64,000 bases of DNA from an uncultured Gemmatimonadota bacterium (GTDB lineage Bacteria; Gemmatimonadota; Gemmatimonadetes; Palauibacterales; KS3-K002), in the NCBI GenBank assembly GCA_964348165.1, contig CAYGCC010000074.1:5128-69127 (forward strand), given 5' to 3'. Below, one piece after another: positions 60,411 through 64,000 of this stretch. The translations under genes and the position numbers were made by a program. Position 1 is the stretch's first letter, and each line of letters opens with the position of its first letter. Below the pieces are notes generated by a model that did not search any database, was not told where the DNA came from, and was given only the letters and a program-made list of their open reading frames with translations.

Positions 60411-61579
60411 CGATCGATTAGCAGCGCCTGGGCAAACCGCGTATAGACCTCCTCGGCGCTCCGTCGCCAGGTGAAGGTGGCGGCGAACTCTCGTGCGCGC
60501 CTGCCCATCTCGGCCCGCACTCCGTCCTCCCCGGCCAGGCTGATCAGCGCCTCAGCCACCTGCTCCGCCGTCGGATAATAGGGCAAGACGATTCCCGTGT
60601 CTCCGTGGCGCACCGCCTCCGCCACACCTCCAGTATCGCAGGCGATCGATGGCACGCCGCGGGTCGCGGCCTCCAGATAAACCAGGCCCAGACCTTCCAA
60701 GCGGCTGGGCGTTTCCTGGCTCAACTGGATGAACAGGTCGGCGGCGTCGCACGCCTCTACCAGCTCGTCGTCGCCGAGGGCCCCGAGCATGAGGAGCCGC
60801 ACCGATCCAGACTCCGCCTTGGCCCTCAGGTCCCGTGCGTAGTCCTCGGGACCGCCGCCGACAACCACGTAGACTAGCCGCCGGCGCAGCGAAGCGGGCA
60901 GCAGCGACAGGCCCTCTATGACCCGCTGATGACCTTTATCGGGGACGCGTCGGGCCACGGTGAGCACGACCGTCTCGTCAGGTGAAACCTCCCACCGCGC
61001 CCGCACCTGCGCCCGGTCCGTGCTCGGGGTCTCGAACCAGCGTGGCCCCACTCCCGGGTAGGACACGAAAACCGTGTCCTCTCGCACCTTGAAGGTGTTG
61101 ATCAAGATCTCGCGCACGCTGCGGCTGATTGCCGAGGTGCAGGCGACGCGCCGAAACGCCCGGAACATCCAGAGTCGCGGGCTCAAGTCATTGTGGTAAC
61201 GCAACAGCTCGGTCCCGTATACGGTGAAGAAGTACGTTCTCACCAAGCGCATCCTGGAGAGCGCCGTCAGAGCCATCTGGGCGGGCGGGTCGACGGCGTG
61301 GACGATGTCGGGCTTGCGCAGCCGGATCTCGCGACGGCAGCGCGCCGTGAACTTCGCGAGCTTATCTAGACTCAGTACGCTGCACGTTGCGCCGGGAAAA
61401 CGAGAGACCTCGTACGGCTGCGCCGCATCCCATTCAGCGGTGTTCCCGTGATAAGCCGGAGCCAGAACGCGCGCCTCGTGACCGATCGCCGCTGCTCCGC
61501 TCGCCAGGCCGTGGGCTACCGTGGCGATTCCCCCGTGAAAGGGCGGGAATTCATGGGTGAGGATGAGGATCCGATGCAT
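60407..61579 (-). CDS. Glycosyltransferase family 4
   Basis: MHRILILTHEFPPFHGGIATVAHGLA…, and C-terminal EGLGLVYLEAATRGVPSIACD. Confidence 0.8.
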   Translation of the reverse strand: MHRILILTHEFPPFHGGIATVAHGLASGAAAIGHEARVLAPAYHGNTAEWDAAQPYEVSRFPGATCSVLSLDKLAKFTARCRREIRLRKPDIVHAVDPPAQMALTALSRMRLVRTYFFTVYGTELLRYHNDLSPRLWMFRAFRRVACTSAISRSVREILINTFKVREDTVFVSYPGVGPRWFETPSTDRAQVRARWEVSPDETVVLTVARRVPDKGHQRVIEGLSLLPASLRRRLVYVVVGGGPEDYARDLRAKAESGSVRLLMLGALGDDELVEACDAADLFIQLSQETPSRLEGLGLVYLEAATRGVPSIACDTGGVAEAVRHGDTGIVLPYYPTAEQVAEALISLAGEDGVRAEMGRRAREFAATFTWRRSAEEVYTRFAQALLIDR

Positions 61580-61915
61580 CGCTCAGCAGCCTGATGTCGG
61601 GCGCGCAGTTAGCCGTGCCGGAAGAGGCAATGTACGAGGCTCCCAGATTCCCCGTAAGCCTTGAGCCTCGGTCGCCGATAGATGATTAAGTGCCGCCGGG
61701 CGAAGCCGCCTCGCCGCCCCATCCGCTGAACGGTCGACAGCTACCAACCCACCGGCTATGGTAGGGGACGCGCACATAGCTCGTCCGACGAGCCACCACG
61801 GCGGGCCAGGAAGAGGCGCCGCGGGCGGCGGCCTGGTTTCAGACGTAGCTGTCAATACGCGACGACTTGTCGCTCGCGAATAAGCTTCACCCGCTGTCGA
61901 GAAGGGCGATCAGAC

Positions 61916-62506
61916 ATGCTTTTTCTAAGTGTTCTGAGAAAGATTCGCACGTCCCTGTTGCGGCCGGGCATCCTCGGGGGCCCTGGCAAAGTTTCCCGAG
62001 CGAGAAGACACAGCAACAGATGGCTTCGGCAGCATTGCCGCACGATCGAAGGTGACGTGTTGTCGATCGGCAGCGGGACGGACGCGGATGGAGAGGGCAA
62101 CCACTACAGCGATTATTTTGTCAAAGCATCTTCTTATACGACATCCGACTTCTCTCACGATTTCGGCTGTGACCTCACACTCGATGTTCGCTCGATGCCG
62201 CAGATAAAGGACGAATCGTATGATTGCATATTCTGCAGCGGCGTCCTGGAACATGTAGACGACGTAACGGATGGGCTCAACGAGATCACTCGAATTCTCA
62301 AAGTTGGCGGGACGTTATTGCTGGGCCTACCGTTTCGGCAGGCGATTCATATGGCTCCGAACGACTACTGGAGATTCACTGAATACGGGATCAGGCATAT
62401 GCTGAGAATTTCATATGAGATTCAACATGTGGAGCCAATCGACACCCGGGCGAAAAACTTCCCAGCCACGTACTGGGTACGAGCCAGGAAGACGCGGAAG
62501 AGCTAA
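61916..62506 (+). CDS. Class I SAM-dependent methyltransferase with markedly lower GC than its neighbours
   Basis: VLSIGSGTDADG (motif I) and FCSGVLEHVDD. The sequence is visibly AT-richer than the flanking sequence. Confidence 0.7.
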   Translation: MLFLSVLRKIRTSLLRPGILGGPGKVSRARRHSNRWLRQHCRTIEGDVLSIGSGTDADGEGNHYSDYFVKASSYTTSDFSHDFGCDLTLDVRSMPQIKDESYDCIFCSGVLEHVDDVTDGLNEITRILKVGGTLLLGLPFRQAIHMAPNDYWRFTEYGIRHMLRISYEIQHVEPIDTRAKNFPATYWVRARKTRKS

Positions 62507-62604
62507 ACAATCCATCGAATAGACGTGACCGTCGTACCAGCCACGCGGGCGGTTAAGCCACTCTGAGACTCCGTGCAGGAGGGTCACACAGCCAGGTTGA
62601 GCGT

Positions 62605-63270
62605 CTAGCCGGAGCGCAAGGTGACTCGAGCCATTCGCACCTTCAGAGTGCCCCAGTCTTTCTCGAAGTGATCCTCTGGCTCCAAAATCTCCACGTCATA
62701 CTGCTGGCGGTTCAATGAGTTGATCAGATGCTGGCAGCCAACAGCTTGGACTTGCGGTTCCGTGTTGGTGTAGTAGTCGTCGAAGAGCACCACGGTGTCG
62801 GCGGTCATCACCTTTCTGATCTGCTCCCAATCGGCTGCGATCGTTTCGATCGAATGGCCCCCGTCGATGAAGACAAAATCAACGGTGGTGCCCGTGCCCG
62901 TGATCTCCTGCACGAACGCCGGCAGCGTCTCGGACGTGTAGCCGATGAACAGTCGAACCTGGGCACCTGTCTCCTCCAACCTTCGTGTCACCTCGGCGGC
63001 TGGCGGGGGCTTCTTCGAAAACTCCCAGTCCAAATCGTGATCCGTCAATCGCTCAAACAGGTCGAACCCGAAATACGCGACCTGCTCGATGGGATGGAAG
63101 ATGCCCGCGGTTTCGATCATCTGTCGCGCATGAACGCCATCGTAGGTGCCGATCTCGAGCAGTGTGCGGCAGCGTCGTCGGTACACGGTCTCGAGCAAGT
63201 GGCGGTATCGGCTCTTCGCCATCCGGATCAGGCGGCGCCGATACACAAGTCGTCTCAGGAATCTGGGCAT
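62605..63270 (-). CDS. Class I SAM-dependent methyltransferase (TylF/CmcI-like, Methyltransf_24-type)
   Basis: LLEIGTYDG and FVFIDGGHSIE motifs. Confidence 0.65.
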   Translation of the reverse strand: MPRFLRRLVYRRRLIRMAKSRYRHLLETVYRRRCRTLLEIGTYDGVHARQMIETAGIFHPIEQVAYFGFDLFERLTDHDLDWEFSKKPPPAAEVTRRLEETGAQVRLFIGYTSETLPAFVQEITGTGTTVDFVFIDGGHSIETIAADWEQIRKVMTADTVVLFDDYYTNTEPQVQAVGCQHLINSLNRQQYDVEILEPEDHFEKDWGTLKVRMARVTLRSG

Positions 63271-63324
63271 GCTCGGGTTGGACGTGACTAAGTCAAACCT
63301 AGAACCGGGAGTCGGCCGAGTCGT

Positions 63325-64000
63325 TCAGACAGACGTGCGCTTGATGTAGTTGCTGAGCGCCAGCTCGAGCTTTTCCGCCACCATCTCCACCGTGATCCGA
63401 CTCATCCCATCGCGCCGGTATTCCATGCTGATCGGATAGTCCTCGCCGGGTTGGCGCGCGTAGCCGTCGACCACCAGCTCTTGATACATCCGGTAGGGTC
63501 CCGAACGCTTCGGGTTCGTGTAGCCGTATAGCCCCACCACCGGCGTCCCCAGCGCCCGGGCGATGTGCAGCGGGCCGGTGTCGGGGCTGACCAGCAGAGC
63601 CGCGCCATCCACGAGATAGATGAGCTTTCGCAGATCGTCACCCAGCTCGTTCAGCGGACGCGCCCGGCTTCGGCGCACGACTTCGGCAGCCGCCGCCCGT
63701 TCCCGCGGCGCTGGGCCGCCGATGAGCACAGTCTGGAAACCGTAGTCGCCCTCGATGATCTCGAGCAAGCGGCCGTAGCGTTCAGGTGGCCAATCCTTGT
63801 CGGGCTTGCTGCTACCCACGACGACGGCACACACCGGCCGATCGATCGCGTCAAAGAAGCGTCGCTGTTGCTCACGTTCCTCGGCCGTGATCACGATCCC
63901 CCACTCGAGAGGTTCCGGCTCGATGCCCAGGTATTCGAGGAACTCGAAATACTGATCTTGCACGTGCTGATTGGCACGAGACGGGATGCGGTGCGTCGTA
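63325..64000 (-). CDS. Glycosyltransferase family 9 (LPS heptosyltransferase-like), 5'-partial; the gene continues beyond the window end
   Basis: C-terminal GT9 region VVVGSSKPDKDWPPERY…GPAPRE…LVSPDTGPLHIARALGTPVVGLYG. The frame is open to position 64000. Confidence 0.75.
   Translation of the reverse strand, partial: TTHRIPSRANQHVQDQYFEFLEYLGIEPEPLEWGIVITAEEREQQRRFFDAIDRPVCAVVVGSSKPDKDWPPERYGRLLEIIEGDYGFQTVLIGGPAPRERAAAAEVVRRSRARPLNELGDDLRKLIYLVDGAALLVSPDTGPLHIARALGTPVVGLYGYTNPKRSGPYRMYQELVVDGYARQPGEDYPISMEYRRDGMSRITVEMVAEKLELALSNYIKRTSV

Overview
High-GC (about 70%) bacterial chromosomal segment with about 55 genes. The Calvin-cycle island (25155..31462) is the strongest candidate in this window for a novel or recently acquired system. 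Product calls rest on motifs I recognise in the six-frame translations; no database search was possible. Contents in order: (1) The 3' part of a sensor histidine kinase, a lipoprotein zinc metallopeptidase, an Omp85-like outer-membrane protein, then an NtrC-family sigma54 activator followed by a textbook -24/-12 promoter. That promoter drives a second Omp85-like outer-membrane protein with a bactofilin-like N-terminal domain. (2) rpsU, then a 1084-aa TolB-propeller/amidohydrolase fusion. (3) Cysteine synthase, SurE, an FAD disulfide oxidoreductase, a GH15 glycosidase, YjeF-N, an SDR, and an OpuA/OsmF-type osmoprotectant ABC transporter. (4) A ydbS/ydbT-like PH-domain gene pair split by a roughly 6-kb lower-GC insertion carrying cbbP-cbbL-cbbS-cbbX (red-type form I RuBisCO plus CbbX activase), a translationally coupled small ORF and an IS transposase remnant. 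Imperfect direct repeats of the ydbS-ydbT junction (about 240 bp) bracket the insertion. (5) A PAS hybrid histidine kinase and phoU-pstBAC. (6) An M55 peptidase, an S9-like protein that appears to lack the catalytic triad, NhaC, a DUF1566-like membrane protein, and a sugar ABC transporter whose first permease carries a roughly 445-aa N-terminal extension. (7) A 12-kb glycosyltransferase and methyltransferase locus (GT2, five GT4, GT9) showing paralog duplication, a truncated copy, a duplicated GT9 3' fragment and a low-GC methyltransferase.
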